Positions 48,858 through 60,127 of a DNA stretch of 64,000 bases are shown here, one piece after another. The stretch lies in assembly GCA_963805955.1 (NCBI GenBank), contig CAWDVZ010000019.1, positions 49,368 to 113,367 on the forward strand, given 5' to 3'. Source of the DNA: an uncultured Acidobacteriaceae bacterium (GTDB lineage: Bacteria; Acidobacteriota; Terriglobia; Terriglobales; Acidobacteriaceae). Each line of letters starts with the position of its first letter. Within the stretch, counting starts at the first letter, position 1. The position numbers and the translations under genes were made by a program. The notes under the pieces are model-generated. The model was not told the DNA's origin, searched no databases, and was given only the letters and a program-made list of their open reading frames with translations.

Positions 48858-50963
48858 TTAGTCTATCGGAGGGAACCCGTTTTGCGCTTCGTCGGCTGAG
48901 AGCTTTCGAACTTCCACCAGGGTTGAGTAGAAGGTGGCCCCCCGCCCCAGGTCGGTCAGGCGCTCGGACGTGAGGGCGTTCACGTTGTTTCCCCCGCTCG
49001 ACAGCTTGTTCCAGTTGAGGGTGGCTGCCACCACTCCGGCCGGTACGCTGCCATCGATGCGCGCGTGCAGGCGTATTTTTCCCCGTGCGTTGTATATCTC
49101 CACCAAATCCGCGTCACAGATCTGCCGTGCGCTGGCGTCGCTGCTATGCATCATGGCCAGGCCGGGCGACTCCATCTTCTGGTGCCCCGGCAGGTTGGCG
49201 AAGGTCGAGTTCATATAGTTGTCGGCCTTGCGCGGCAGAAACTCCAGGGGAAACGTGTGCGCGTCCGCCCCACGCCGCGACTCGTCCGGCGGGTGGAACG
49301 TAGGCAGTGCATCGACGCCTTGCTCAGCCAATGCGCTCGAACAAAACTCCACCTTGCCGCTGGGTGTGGCAAAAACGCCATCAGCAAAGGGCATCGCCGG
49401 CAGCCGTATGCTTCGTTTCGCCTGCAGTTCCTCGGCCTGGCCTCCCAGAGCCTGCGCTATCAGATCGTCTACGCTGTCGCGGAAGCAGGGCTCGGTAAAG
49501 CCCATGCGCTGCCCCAATTCACTGAACAGCCAGACGTTTGAACGGGCCTCGCCCAGTGGCGCAATGGCCTGCTCTGACAGCTGCATAAAGTAGTGCCCAT
49601 ACGCTCCCTGAAAGTCTTTATGTTCCAGGAATGTGGTGGCCGGCAGCACCACATCCGCGTAGTCGGTGGTGTCGGTGAAGAACTGCTCGTGCACCACCGT
49701 GAACAGGTCGTCGCGCATCAAGCCCTGGACCACGGCGTTTTGATTAGGCGCGATCGCTGCGGGGTTCGAGTTGTAGACGAAGAGCGCCTTCACCGGAGGC
49801 GACTCGAGCTCAGTGAGCGCGTGGCCGAGGCGCGACATGTTCACCATGCGTGCCGGGCGCCTGAGCGGGCTAGCCATCATCAGTTCGGGCTTCTCCAGGG
49901 CCGCGGTGTTGAATGCGAATGCTCCGCCGGTCGAAAGCTGCAGTCCCCCGCCCATCTGCTTCCAGGAGCCGATGAGCGCGGGCAGCATGCAAACCGCGCG
50001 CGCGGCAGCCCCGCCGTTTTGCGACCGTTGTATGCCGTAGTTCAAACGGATAACCGCCGGCGCGTTGGACGCATACTCGTGCGCCAGGCGCTCGATGTCG
50101 GCCGCGGGTATGCCCGTCAAGCTGGCAACATGTTCCGGCGTATAGGGCTGAACATGTTCCCGCAGCGCCTCAAATCCGTGCGTATGTTGCGAGACATAAT
50201 CCCGGTCGTAGAGCCCTTCCTCGATGATGATGCGCATCAGGCCAAGTGCCAAAGCCGCGTCCGTGCCCGGCTGAATGGGAATGTGCCAGTCAGCGGCCCG
50301 GGCGGTGCGCGTACGGTAGGGGTCGATGACCACTAGTCGCGCGCCATTGCGGCGGGCTTCTTCGACAAAGGGCCACAGGTGAACGTTATTGCCGTGGATA
50401 TTCGCCGCCCACGCGATGATGTATTTGGCATGGCGGAAGTGTTCCGGGTCCGTGCCCAGCTTTTTCCCGTACACCGAGATGATGGCGTCGGCGCCTGCAG
50501 TCGCGCATATGGTGCGATCCAGCCGGGAGGCGCCAAGCCGGTGGAAGAAGCGTCGATCCATGGAGCCATAACCGAGCACAGCCATGTTCCCGGCATAGGA
50601 GTAGGGAAGGATGGACTCCGGACCGTGCTCCTGTGCGATGCGCCGCAGTCGTTCCGCGATCAGGTCCAGTGCCTCATCCCAGCCGATGGGTTCGAAGACG
50701 TCAGCCTCGCGGCCGTAAGGCATTTTCCCTTTTGCCGCACCGGGCCGCCGCCGCATGGGGTGGAGCAGCCGCGAAGGCGAGTAGACCCGATCCAGATATT
50801 TGGCCACCTTGGCACAGAGAAAGCCGCGAGTGATCGGATGCGAGGGGTCGCCCTGCACGCGCGTGGCCTTACCCTGTTCATCGATGGTTACCAGAACAGC
50901 GCACGTATCCGGGCAATCGTGTGAGCATACGGCATGGGCAATTCTCGGCAGGGGCATACTCAA
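48858..50963 (-). CDS. Molybdopterin-dependent oxidoreductase (DMSO reductase superfamily) with an N-terminal 4Fe-4S motif
   Basis: CSHDCPDTC...C cluster motif, and molybdopterin oxidoreductase plus C-terminal dinucleotide-binding beta-barrel regions. Confidence 0.85.
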   Translation of the reverse strand: MSMPLPRIAHAVCSHDCPDTCAVLVTIDEQGKATRVQGDPSHPITRGFLCAKVAKYLDRVYSPSRLLHPMRRRPGAAKGKMPYGREADVFEPIGWDEALDLIAERLRRIAQEHGPESILPYSYAGNMAVLGYGSMDRRFFHRLGASRLDRTICATAGADAIISVYGKKLGTDPEHFRHAKYIIAWAANIHGNNVHLWPFVEEARRNGARLVVIDPYRTRTARAADWHIPIQPGTDAALALGLMRIIIEEGLYDRDYVSQHTHGFEALREHVQPYTPEHVASLTGIPAADIERLAHEYASNAPAVIRLNYGIQRSQNGGAAARAVCMLPALIGSWKQMGGGLQLSTGGAFAFNTAALEKPELMMASPLRRPARMVNMSRLGHALTELESPPVKALFVYNSNPAAIAPNQNAVVQGLMRDDLFTVVHEQFFTDTTDYADVVLPATTFLEHKDFQGAYGHYFMQLSEQAIAPLGEARSNVWLFSELGQRMGFTEPCFRDSVDDLIAQALGGQAEELQAKRSIRLPAMPFADGVFATPSGKVEFCSSALAEQGVDALPTFHPPDESRRGADAHTFPLEFLPRKADNYMNSTFANLPGHQKMESPGLAMMHSSDASARQICDADLVEIYNARGKIRLHARIDGSVPAGVVAATLNWNKLSSGGNNVNALTSERLTDLGRGATFYSTLVEVRKLSADEAQNGFPPID

Positions 50964-51033
50964 TTGTAGTAGCAGGGTCTGGAAAGTGGGGATCTGCGGA
51001 ATGCGCGACTTTGCGAAGAGTGACTGCTGTCAT

Positions 51034-51102
51034 GCTTTGTATCAGGGCCCGACTTTAGTCGGGCCGTTGAGGTCCATCAAAGATGAGGGCTTCAGCCCCT
51101 GC
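51034..51102 (+). repeat. Family A repeat, single arm
   Basis: GCTTTGTATCAGGGCCCGACTTTAGTCGGGCC...GGGCTTCAGCCCCTGC matches 3060-3126. Confidence 0.85.
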
Positions 51103-51128
51103 GGCTCTCTTTTCCGGGCAACAATCTC

Positions 51129-51590
51129 GTGCCGAAGGAGCTTGTCTTGTTGAAATACCGCACGCACCTTTTGCTGCTTCTCTCCCTGACCCTCGCGTCG
51201 TCCGCACAAACCGCACCGGAGGCCGCCATTCGCCAATTGCTGGACCAACAAACAGCAGCTTGGAACCGTGGCGACGTCGATGCGTTCATGACAGGCTACG
51301 AGGACTCACCGGACACCACATTCGTCGGCCAGACCGTGCAGTACGGTTATGCGACTATTCGTGATCGCTACAAGAAGGCCTATGCCACCCCGGCCGCCAT
51401 GGGGAAACTAACCTTCTCTCATCTTGCGATCAGAATCCTGGACTCCGGATACGCCATCGCCACCGGCAATTTTCATTTAGAGCGAAACGCGGCCGGCGGA
51501 GGCAATGCCGACGGGATTTTCTCCCTCTTACTGAGGAAGCAATCCGCGGGCTGGAAGATTATCTTGGACCACAGCAGCCGCACCGGCTGA
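51129..51590 (+). CDS. Exported SnoaL-like / DUF4440-family protein
   Basis: Signal peptide, then AWNRGDVDAFM..Y..D..F and a cone-shaped NTF2-like pattern. Confidence 0.7.
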   Translation: MPKELVLLKYRTHLLLLLSLTLASSAQTAPEAAIRQLLDQQTAAWNRGDVDAFMTGYEDSPDTTFVGQTVQYGYATIRDRYKKAYATPAAMGKLTFSHLAIRILDSGYAIATGNFHLERNAAGGGNADGIFSLLLRKQSAGWKIILDHSSRTG

Positions 51591-51651
51591 ACGCCGTTGG
51601 GATCTCCACCTAACCAAGAACAACCCGAGGGACGACCCACGGGACGGGTGC

Positions 51652-51677
51652 CCCAGGTCTCGCTTTTGAGACCTGGG
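51652..51677. repeat. Perfect 10-bp stem hairpin (CCCAGGTCTC-gctttt-GAGACCTGGG), REP-like
   Basis: Lies between convergent genes. No U-tract on either strand. Confidence 0.6.
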
Positions 51678-51726
51678 ATCCGCGCAACCTATCTTGAATG
51701 GAAACCCTACTCTCGCCCTGTGTTAC

Positions 51727-52314
51727 TCAGATCTGCAGCACTTCCCGTTCTTTATTCCGGCACATCTCTTCCATCCGCCTGATCTCATCGTCAGTAAGCT
51801 TCTGTATCTCTTCGAGCGATCTCTTCTCCTCATCCACCGAGATCTTCTTATCCTTGGCGGACTTCTTGATCAGATCATTGCCGTCGCGGCGGATATTACG
51901 CACTGCGGTGCGATGATCTTCGAGCGTCTTATTGAGGTGTTTGACCACTTCCTTGCGGCGCTCCTCCGTCATCGGAGGGATCGGAATACGCACAATCTTG
52001 CCGTCATTCTGCGGATTGAACCCCAGGTCGGACGTACGCAGAGCCTTCTCGATGTCCGCCAGAATCGTGGGATCAAACGGTTGGATCAGGATCAGGTTCG
52101 CTTCCGGAGCAGTCACCTGCGCCACCTGGTTGAGAGGCATATCGCTGCCGTAATACGGAACCTTGACCTGGTCGAGCATATGGACAGAAGCGCGGCCGGT
52201 ACGCGTGGACGCGAGATTAGCGCGGAAATCATCAACTGCCTTCTCCATCCGCGACTTGAGCTGCTGCTGAGTGTCTTTGAGGGCGGGAATACTGCCCATA
52301 ACCGAGACTGCCAT
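51727..52314 (-). CDS. frr: Ribosome recycling factor
   Basis: Full-length collinear RRF sequence (..RTGRASVHMLDQVKVPYYG..RNIRRD..). Confidence 0.95.
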   Translation of the reverse strand: MAVSVMGSIPALKDTQQQLKSRMEKAVDDFRANLASTRTGRASVHMLDQVKVPYYGSDMPLNQVAQVTAPEANLILIQPFDPTILADIEKALRTSDLGFNPQNDGKIVRIPIPPMTEERRKEVVKHLNKTLEDHRTAVRNIRRDGNDLIKKSAKDKKISVDEEKRSLEEIQKLTDDEIRRMEEMCRNKEREVLQI

Positions 52315-52332
52315 TTTCTTCTTCCCCCGAAA

Positions 52333-53223
52333 TTAGATCGCCAGTGCCTGTTCCCGCGCATGGTACGACGAACGCACCAGCGGCCCAGACTCCACGTGGC
52401 GGAATCCCATGCTCAGAGCCTCTTCGCGCATGTAAGCGAACTCCTCCGGCGTGTAGTAGCGTGCCATCGGCAGGTGATCTCTGGATGGACGCAAGTACTG
52501 CCCAATGGTCAACACGTCCGTCCCCACTGCGGCCAGATCGCGGAACACCTGCAGCAGCTCGTGCGTTTCTTCTCCCAACCCCACCATCACGCCGGACTTG
52601 GTGATCATGCGCGGGTCGACGATCTTGGCATACTCGAGCAGTCGCAGCGTGCGCTCATAGCGGGCGCCTGAACGCACCACCCGATACAGCCGCGGCACCG
52701 ATTCAGTGTTGTGGTTCAGCATCTCCGGCCGCGCCTCGACCACGATGCGAATCGCCTCTTCCTGGCCCTGAAAGTCGGGGATAAGTACTTCCACCTGGCA
52801 TCCCGGAGCCTGCCGCCGGATCTCCTCGATCACCAGGGCGAAGGCGCGAGCGCCTCCAAGAATGTCGTCGTCCCGATTTACGCTGGTGATGACCGCGTGT
52901 TTCAGCTCCAGAACTGCAACCGCTTCCGCCACCCTCCGGGGTTCGTCGAAGTCGATGGGGTCCGGCCGCCCCTTGGGCACGGCGCAAAAGCCGCAGCGGC
53001 GGGTACAAGTATTCCCCAGCATCATGAACGTCGCCGTGCGCTGATTCCAGCACTCGCCGATATTCGGGCAGTGCGCCGATTCGCACACCGTATGCAGATT
53101 AAGCGAGCGGGCAAGACTCTTCAGTGCGTGATAATTTTCGCCCACCGGCGCTCGCGCCTTGAGCCAGGCGGGCTTGGGGGTGGGAACGCGTGGGCTCGCG
53201 TCGATCTGAACAAGGTCAAGCAC
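52333..53223 (-). CDS. lipA: Lipoyl synthase
   Basis: CESAHCPNIGEC and CTRRCGFC radical-SAM/auxiliary cluster motifs. Confidence 0.95.
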   Translation of the reverse strand: MLDLVQIDASPRVPTPKPAWLKARAPVGENYHALKSLARSLNLHTVCESAHCPNIGECWNQRTATFMMLGNTCTRRCGFCAVPKGRPDPIDFDEPRRVAEAVAVLELKHAVITSVNRDDDILGGARAFALVIEEIRRQAPGCQVEVLIPDFQGQEEAIRIVVEARPEMLNHNTESVPRLYRVVRSGARYERTLRLLEYAKIVDPRMITKSGVMVGLGEETHELLQVFRDLAAVGTDVLTIGQYLRPSRDHLPMARYYTPEEFAYMREEALSMGFRHVESGPLVRSSYHAREQALAI

Positions 53224-53244
53224 GCTGGTCCCATTGTATCGTGG

Positions 53245-53576
53245 CTAGCGAAGCCGCTCGATTACCTCGCCGCGCACCAGGTAAAGAAAGAACACCAGGT
53301 TGATGAAGGCCATGAACCCCCTTGCGCCTGATGAAAGCGAAAAAGCTTATAGCACCCAAAGCACAAGGAGCAGAAGACCGCGCCCAAGGTGAGCGCCCAT
53401 CCCCAGCGGCGCCGCTGGATCATCCCCAGCCCGGCAGCGGCGAACACCGTGCATAAGGCTAAAACTGGCGTGGGATAGCGGTGGGTGAGCACGCCCACCA
53501 CGCCCAACACCGCCAGGGCCAGCATCCACAAGGCGATGGCGGCCATACCCGGCAACGGTAGTTTCGCATCGCTCAT
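53245..53576 (-). CDS. Small membrane protein of unknown function, with a probable frameshift at the C5 run 53317-53321
   Basis: Three hydrophobic segments. The ATG overlaps the cytochrome c stop (ATGA). Adding one base gives the hydrophobic tail GFMAFINLVFFLYLVRGEVIERLR*. As sequenced, the ORF ends at 53262. Confidence 0.5.
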
Positions 53577-53902
53577 AAGGTATGCAGGTAAGCCAGCAGA
53601 TCCTGCAGCTGTTGGTCTGTCATTGTATTGCCCAACGGCGGCATCATCCCCCACCCTCGGAGAATCACGCCGGTAATGGTGTGGTCATTGGCGACTCTGC
53701 CGCTAGGCAGATACGGTTTGCGAAGCAGCCCCTGCAACCCTGGACCGTACAGGCCATTTGCACTATCAGCGTAGTGGCAGCTGGAACATCGGCTCACGAA
53801 CACCTGTTGCCCGGCAGCTTCCTGCGGGTTGAGCGGTTTTGGCGGGCTTGCGTGCTGGCAGCCCAATGCAGGAACTAAAGCAAGAAAAAGCAGCTTTTTC
53901 AA
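53573..53902 (-). CDS. Class I c-type cytochrome (lipoprotein)
   Basis: Lipobox LVPALGC, heme motif CSSCH and a distal Met region (GMMPPLG). Confidence 0.8.
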   Translation of the reverse strand: MKKLLFLALVPALGCQHASPPKPLNPQEAAGQQVFVSRCSSCHYADSANGLYGPGLQGLLRKPYLPSGRVANDHTITGVILRGWGMMPPLGNTMTDQQLQDLLAYLHTL

Positions 53903-55458
53903 TTGGACTCCGCGATAGCCGCCACAATCTTATCCATCGCCGCGCGGTCCGCCGGAAGCGACGGACTGTGATCGGTGCACATGATCGAGAAGACGACCGT
54001 TTGTCCGCTTGCCGCCACCAGGTAGCCGCTCAACGCACGCGCTTCTCCTAGCGTGCCTGTCTTGGCGAACACCTTTCCATCCAACAGTGGCTGCTTAAAT
54101 CGGCTGGAAAGCGATCCGTCCACCCCGCCCACGGGGAGAGAGCTGCGGAATGCGTCGCCCCAGCTCTGCCGAGCTGCGTAGCTGAGCAAGGTGGTAAATG
54201 CCCGCGGCGTGACCAAATCCTGAACCGACAGTCCACAACCGTCATAGATCACAAAGTCAGTGGGAATGACGCCGGCTGAGAGGAGAAACTGCCGCACCAC
54301 GCGTGTGCCCTCGAGCAGCGAACCGTCCGAGCTCTCGAGCTTGCCCAGGGTTCTGAAGCGTGATCTCGGCGTGCAGGTTTTGGCTCACTTTGTTCGTCAC
54401 CACCAGGTCGTCCCCCAGGGGCGACGACACATGCGAGGCGAGCACATTCTGCCCCACGGCCGGCGACTGAACGTTCCGCAGCGTGATGGACGTGAAGCGC
54501 GATCGGCTGTTGCTGCGCCGGCAGAAAGTCGCTCGTATCGACCGGGGGGCGATGTTGCGCCCGGGCTTTGCCGCTCACCTGGACCCCACGCGCCAGCAGC
54601 ATCCCCCGCAGCGATCGCGCAGCATACTCCGCCGGGTCCTCGATTGCCAGGGCAGTGTGCAGCCCCTGTTGGCCCAGGGGTGTCTGGCCGAAAATCCGCA
54701 CCGTCATGGATCCCGGCGAACGCTCCACGCCGGTCTTGCCCGGGTCAGTCACGGCGCTGGTGGTTAGCGAATTCTCCACTGCATAGTAAGGCGTTGCCGG
54801 CACCCAGGAAGGCACCGCGGTCGCGCCCACCTGCGGCCCGGGCATAGCGCTGAGGTAGACCTCGTTATCATTCACGCTCAGCGCCGAAACCGGGGCGCCA
54901 TAACCCCATTGCAAGTCGTCCCAGGTCCAGCCTTGGCCATAGCGTTCGTAAACAAACCAGGTGTCATCCCCCACGATGTCTCCGCTCACCGAGTGCACCC
55001 CGTGGCTAACGATCTGGTCGGCCATATCCTCGAGCGCAGCCAGTGGAGGCCCGGTGCGTTCGGTCTTGAGGCCAAAGGGCATAGTGCGGGCAGAGATGTT
55101 GGCATCGCCTACCCCAAAAATGGTGACATCGCCCTCAATCTCTCCCTTGCTGTCAACCGGAGCACTGCTCGAGACCTGGGTGATGAAGGTGAGACCGTTG
55201 GGCAGCAGGGCATATGCCGCCGCGGTGGTGAGCAGCTTGGCGTTGGACGCTGGATTGAAGTACTGGTTGTCATTGAGCTTGTAGATGGGGCTGCCGCTCG
55301 CCGCCACCACCGAAATTCCCCAATGCGCCTGACTGACTTGCCGGATCGGCCAGGATGCGGGCCACCGCCTGGGGCAGGGGCACCACCTTGTGTTTGGGCC
55401 GCGCCGGCGGAGCCAGAAGGGCCCCAAGCAGCAAAAGGCTGAGATAGGGGGATTGCAT
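53899..55458 (-). CDS. dacB: D-alanyl-D-alanine carboxypeptidase/endopeptidase (PBP4, DacB family), with three frameshifts as sequenced
   Basis: Signal peptide MQSPYLSLLLLGALLA, the SxxK motif region NPASNAKLLTTAAA, a KTG motif (FAKTGTL) and a C-terminal ..IVAAIAESN*. The frame steps at about 55338, about 54493 and about 54354. Confidence 0.8.
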
Positions 55459-55488
55459 GTGTGTCTTCGCGGAGTGTACCTCACTAGA

Positions 55489-56367
55489 ATGGCAAAGATG
55501 CCCTTTGCCCTGCGCGCCCGCTGCGAATGGAAGCTGCGCACCCGGTCTCTGCCATTGGGCGAGCGGACCGTCCTCATGGGCGTCCTCAACACCACGCCCG
55601 ACTCTTTCTCTGATGGGGGCGCCTTCGCCACGCCTGCGGCGGCCATAGAACATGCCTTGGCGATGTTCGAGGAGGGCGCCGACATCGTCGATATCGGAGG
55701 CGAATCCACCCGCCCCGGTAAGCGTCAGCCGCTAGGTATCCAGGAGGAGATCGACCGCGTGCTGCCGGTGCTGGAAGAAATCCTGCGCCATCGTCCGCAT
55801 GCGATTCTCTCCGTCGATACCTATAAGTCCCAGACCGCCGCGGCCGCACTGCAGGCCGGGGCTGAGATTGTCAACGACGTAAGCGGCTTCCTATGGGATG
55901 GGGCAATCGCCCACGTCTGCGTCGCCGCCAGGTGTGGTGTCGTGCTCATGCACACCCGGGGCCGTCCGGAGGAATGGCGCGCGTTGCCCGCGCTGGACCC
56001 GAGCCAGGTCGTACCTCATGTTCGGCAGGCATTGCACCATCGCCTGCAGCAAGCCCTGGAGTCGGGAATCGAGCGCGATCGAATCGTCCTTGACCCCGGC
56101 TTCGGCTTCGGCATCATTGCCGGCCAGAACTACCCCTTACTAGCTGGTTTGGGACAACTGAGTACTTTGGGGCAGCCATTGTTGGCGGGTGTCTCGCGCA
56201 AATCCTTTTTGGCCAAAGATCTCCCACCAGAACGCCGCGGCAACGCCTCCCTGGCGGCCGCAACCGCCGCTATCCTGGCCGGGGCGCACCTGCTAAGGGC
56301 GCACGACGTGGGTCCCACCCGCGAAGCGGCATCCGTAGCCGACGCCATCCTGGCAGCCTCCGAATAA
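55489..56367 (+). CDS. folP: Dihydropteroate synthase
   Basis: VLMGVLNTTPDSFSDGG and DIVDIGGESTRPG motifs. Confidence 0.93.
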   Translation: MAKMPFALRARCEWKLRTRSLPLGERTVLMGVLNTTPDSFSDGGAFATPAAAIEHALAMFEEGADIVDIGGESTRPGKRQPLGIQEEIDRVLPVLEEILRHRPHAILSVDTYKSQTAAAALQAGAEIVNDVSGFLWDGAIAHVCVAARCGVVLMHTRGRPEEWRALPALDPSQVVPHVRQALHHRLQQALESGIERDRIVLDPGFGFGIIAGQNYPLLAGLGQLSTLGQPLLAGVSRKSFLAKDLPPERRGNASLAAATAAILAGAHLLRAHDVGPTREAASVADAILAASE

Positions 56368-56460
56368 ACCTGCACTCCGAGGGGTGCACCGAAACGACGG
56401 CGAAACATAGCCCAGCCGGAAGGACCGCGAGAGAATGCCGAGATCTATGCAAAACCAATA

Positions 56461-56500
56461 CCGCAGGGACGGCTGAGTGTAGCCCAGGACGCAGTCCTGG
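56461..56500 (+). repeat. Family E repeat copy
   Basis: CCGCAGGGACGGCTGAGTGTAGCCCAGGACGCAGTCCTGG compared with 45451-45491. Confidence 0.8.
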
Positions 56501-56629
56501 CTTGCTTTGTCACTCAGGGCACGAAAAGTTCCGTCGGGACACTGCAAATTCCCGAGGGACAACAACCGATTGGCGCTTTCAGCCTCCTGCCACAACTACA
56601 TTCGGCAAAATAAGCTTGTGATGAAAATT

Positions 56630-56690
56630 CATGCGGCTAAGCCCGGCTGGGATCTCAAAGCCCGGTAGCGTGCCCTGATACAAAGCAAGC
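56630..56690 (-). repeat. Degenerate family A repeat arm
   Basis: ..GCTAAGCCCGGCTGGGATCTCAAAGCCCGG..GCCCTGATACAAAGC resembles arm 3167-3234. Confidence 0.55.
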
Positions 56691-56710
56691 TAGGCGCGGC
56701 ACGGATCACC

Positions 56711-57217
56711 CTAATGCTTACCTTCCTCGCTATTACCCGAGATCCGGCTGGCCTCAAAGCTTACGATTTTCCACTGACCATCCCGATTGCTATAAACCCG
56801 GGTATATCGGAACCGTCCGCTGATATCCCGATCGCCATTCTTCCCTACCAGATCAGCCTTCGAAGTAACCACGGCCGTATCCCCGTAAATCCTTACCTTG
56901 ATATCGCTCAGATCGAGCTGGGTGATACGCAATGTCCCGCTACGGCGTCGCGTCAGTTCATCCGCCTTGGTTTCCAGGGTGCCATTAGCGCTAATCCCGA
57001 GGTAATCGTCGGCGAGCAGCCGTTCGACCTCGGAAATGTTATTGGTAAGCTGTGCTTGACGCCAGTCCAGTTCCAGCCCTTCGATCTCTTTGTGCGCATT
57101 TTCATGGTGGGGGAAAACGGCATGTGCCGGGCGCGCGAACCCGCAAAGCAATATAAAGACAAGGGACAGTCTGCCGACCGTGGGAAACAGCCAACGATGC
57201 TCAGAGTGAGCGCGCAT
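56711..57217 (-). CDS. Exported DUF4440/SnoaL-like protein
   Basis: Internal ATG at 57217 followed by a signal peptide (LSLVFILLCGFARPAHA), then the DUF4440-type pattern (LLADDYLGISANGTL...RYTRVYSNRDGQWKIV). Confidence 0.65.
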   Translation of the reverse strand: MRAHSEHRWLFPTVGRLSLVFILLCGFARPAHAVFPHHENAHKEIEGLELDWRQAQLTNNISEVERLLADDYLGISANGTLETKADELTRRRSGTLRITQLDLSDIKVRIYGDTAVVTSKADLVGKNGDRDISGRFRYTRVYSNRDGQWKIVSFEASRISGNSEEGKH

Positions 57218-57329
57218 AAGCGTATCGGATGTTATTCCGCGTCCGAACGACGAGTCAAAATTGAAACTCCAGAGTGACAGTTTTCGCGGTTGAACGCAAT
57301 GCCACCGGCATTGGATGGAAACCGGTCCA

Positions 57330-57619
57330 TCTAGACCAAGTGCCGTCAGATTTTCGACCTCTCGCTCGCGCATCAACTGAAAAAGGCCGCCCACGGCAAA
57401 TTTCTTGAAGTGAGGGGTGGTGCGATGGAACTCGCTCGCTGCCCGGTCCCGGTATTGCTGGTAGATCACAACCACGCTAGGGTCGTCTTCGACCGTGTGC
57501 GGGATGTAGCTGACACAGCCCGGTTCCTGGCGTGCGGCGATGGCCAGCTGGCGCAGAATATCGCTGACGTTTTCACGGTCTTCGGCGGCGAATCGCATGC
57601 GTACGATAAAGCTGACCAT
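57330..57619 (-). CDS. Antibiotic-biosynthesis-monooxygenase (ABM) domain protein. The 3' end is uncertain because no in-frame stop occurs before the next gene.
   Basis: The first roughly 95 aa match the ABM ferredoxin-like pattern (..EPGCVSY.....DP..V.IYQQYRD..A...H..TPHFKKF). A TAG lies in the +1 frame at about 57330. Confidence 0.6.
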
Positions 57620-57639
57620 TGTGCCTATAATCTATCCGA

Positions 57640-58960
<1,321 letters not shown>

Positions 58961-59002
58961 AAACCGATCCTGATGATATACGACAATGGCAGAAGATGAG
59001 CC

Positions 59003-59797
59003 ATGCCCGAACTGCCTGAAGTTGAAACCATCGCGCGCGGGGTGGATGAGCGTCTGCGCGGAGACCGCATCGAAACCACCTGGTTCAGCGAAAAGCCCGA
59101 ACCCTTCCAGTCCTCTCCCCAGCTGATGGCGAGCGAGCTACCCGGCCGGCGCATTGACCGCGTCCACCGCGTGGGCAAACACATCGTCTTCGATCTGGGA
59201 GATCTGCAATGGGTCGTGCACTTAGGCATGTCCGGCCGTCTGCTGGTCGCGGATCCTGACACTCCGGTTCCCCGCCACACCCACGGCATCTTGCACCTGG
59301 CTTCAGGAAGAGAACTTCGCTTCGTGGACCCCAGGCGCTTCGGGCGCATGGCGCTCAAGACGACGCGCTTCGCTGGCACCGGCCAGGAGCCGTTTCAAAT
59401 CTCGAAGGACGAGTTTGCCGCCCTTTTCCGCCCTCGCCGGACCTCCATTAAAGCCGCCCTGCTCAATCAAAAGCTGCTGCACGGAGTCGGCAATATCTAT
59501 GCCGACGAGAGCCTCTTTCGCGCAGGAATCCGGCCCCGCAGGATGGCTCGCCACTTGAAGCGGGCAGAGCTGGATCGTCTGCACTCGAGCCTGCAAACCG
59601 TTCTTCAGGAGGCGATAGCACTCGGCGGGTCATCTGTTTCTGACTACGTGGATGCGGCTGGCGTGGCAGGCTTCTTCCAGCTCGAGCATCGCGTTTATCT
59701 CCGCACCGGACAACCCTGCCTGGTATGCGAAACTCCGATTCGGCGCATGGTCGTGGGCGGCCGCGGTACCCACTATTGCCCCCACTGTCAGAGGTAA
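59003..59797 (+). CDS. mutM: Formamidopyrimidine-DNA glycosylase
   Basis: N-terminal MPELPEVE, an H2TH region and a C-terminal CxxC..CxxC zinc finger. Confidence 0.95.
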   Translation: MPELPEVETIARGVDERLRGDRIETTWFSEKPEPFQSSPQLMASELPGRRIDRVHRVGKHIVFDLGDLQWVVHLGMSGRLLVADPDTPVPRHTHGILHLASGRELRFVDPRRFGRMALKTTRFAGTGQEPFQISKDEFAALFRPRRTSIKAALLNQKLLHGVGNIYADESLFRAGIRPRRMARHLKRAELDRLHSSLQTVLQEAIALGGSSVSDYVDAAGVAGFFQLEHRVYLRTGQPCLVCETPIRRMVVGGRGTHYCPHCQR

Positions 59798-60094
59798 GTC
59801 CGGGGATATTCTATGAATTCCAGAATGAATGTCCGGCCCAGGCTTCCATAAATCGGAATTAGCTTTGAAAGGCACTTAGTTAAGTGGCTGATAACAAACA
59901 ACATGGTAAACGGCACGTCAACTGCATATAGGGATTGCAGCCAGCGACGCACGTGGCTCGCGATTGAGCGAGTCCGGCGCCTCAGATCCGGCGAGCAGAG
60001 CCCAGGTTCTATGGGACCAGCCGCAAACCGGAGTTTTACATCCCGCAGACACGATCTCTGCCGGGGACCCTTGGGAGGCCAGTGATTGGCCATT

Positions 60095-60127
60095 GGAAAA
60101 GCCACCAGCCGTGGCTTTTCATTTTTG
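60095..60127 (+). terminator. Rho-independent terminator with no assigned upstream gene
   Basis: Stem GGAAAAGCCAC / GTGGCTTTTC with loop CAGCC, followed by ATTTTT. It sits about 300 nt downstream of the mutM stop. Confidence 0.7.

Noticed and set aside
51694-52671. A 325-aa plus-strand ORF across frr and lipA. Similar long antisense ORFs occur at 47127-48422, 40449-41294, 49593-50336 and 36468-37187.
   Set aside because: All lie antisense to strongly supported genes in GC-rich DNA, where stop codons are rare. None has a recognisable motif.
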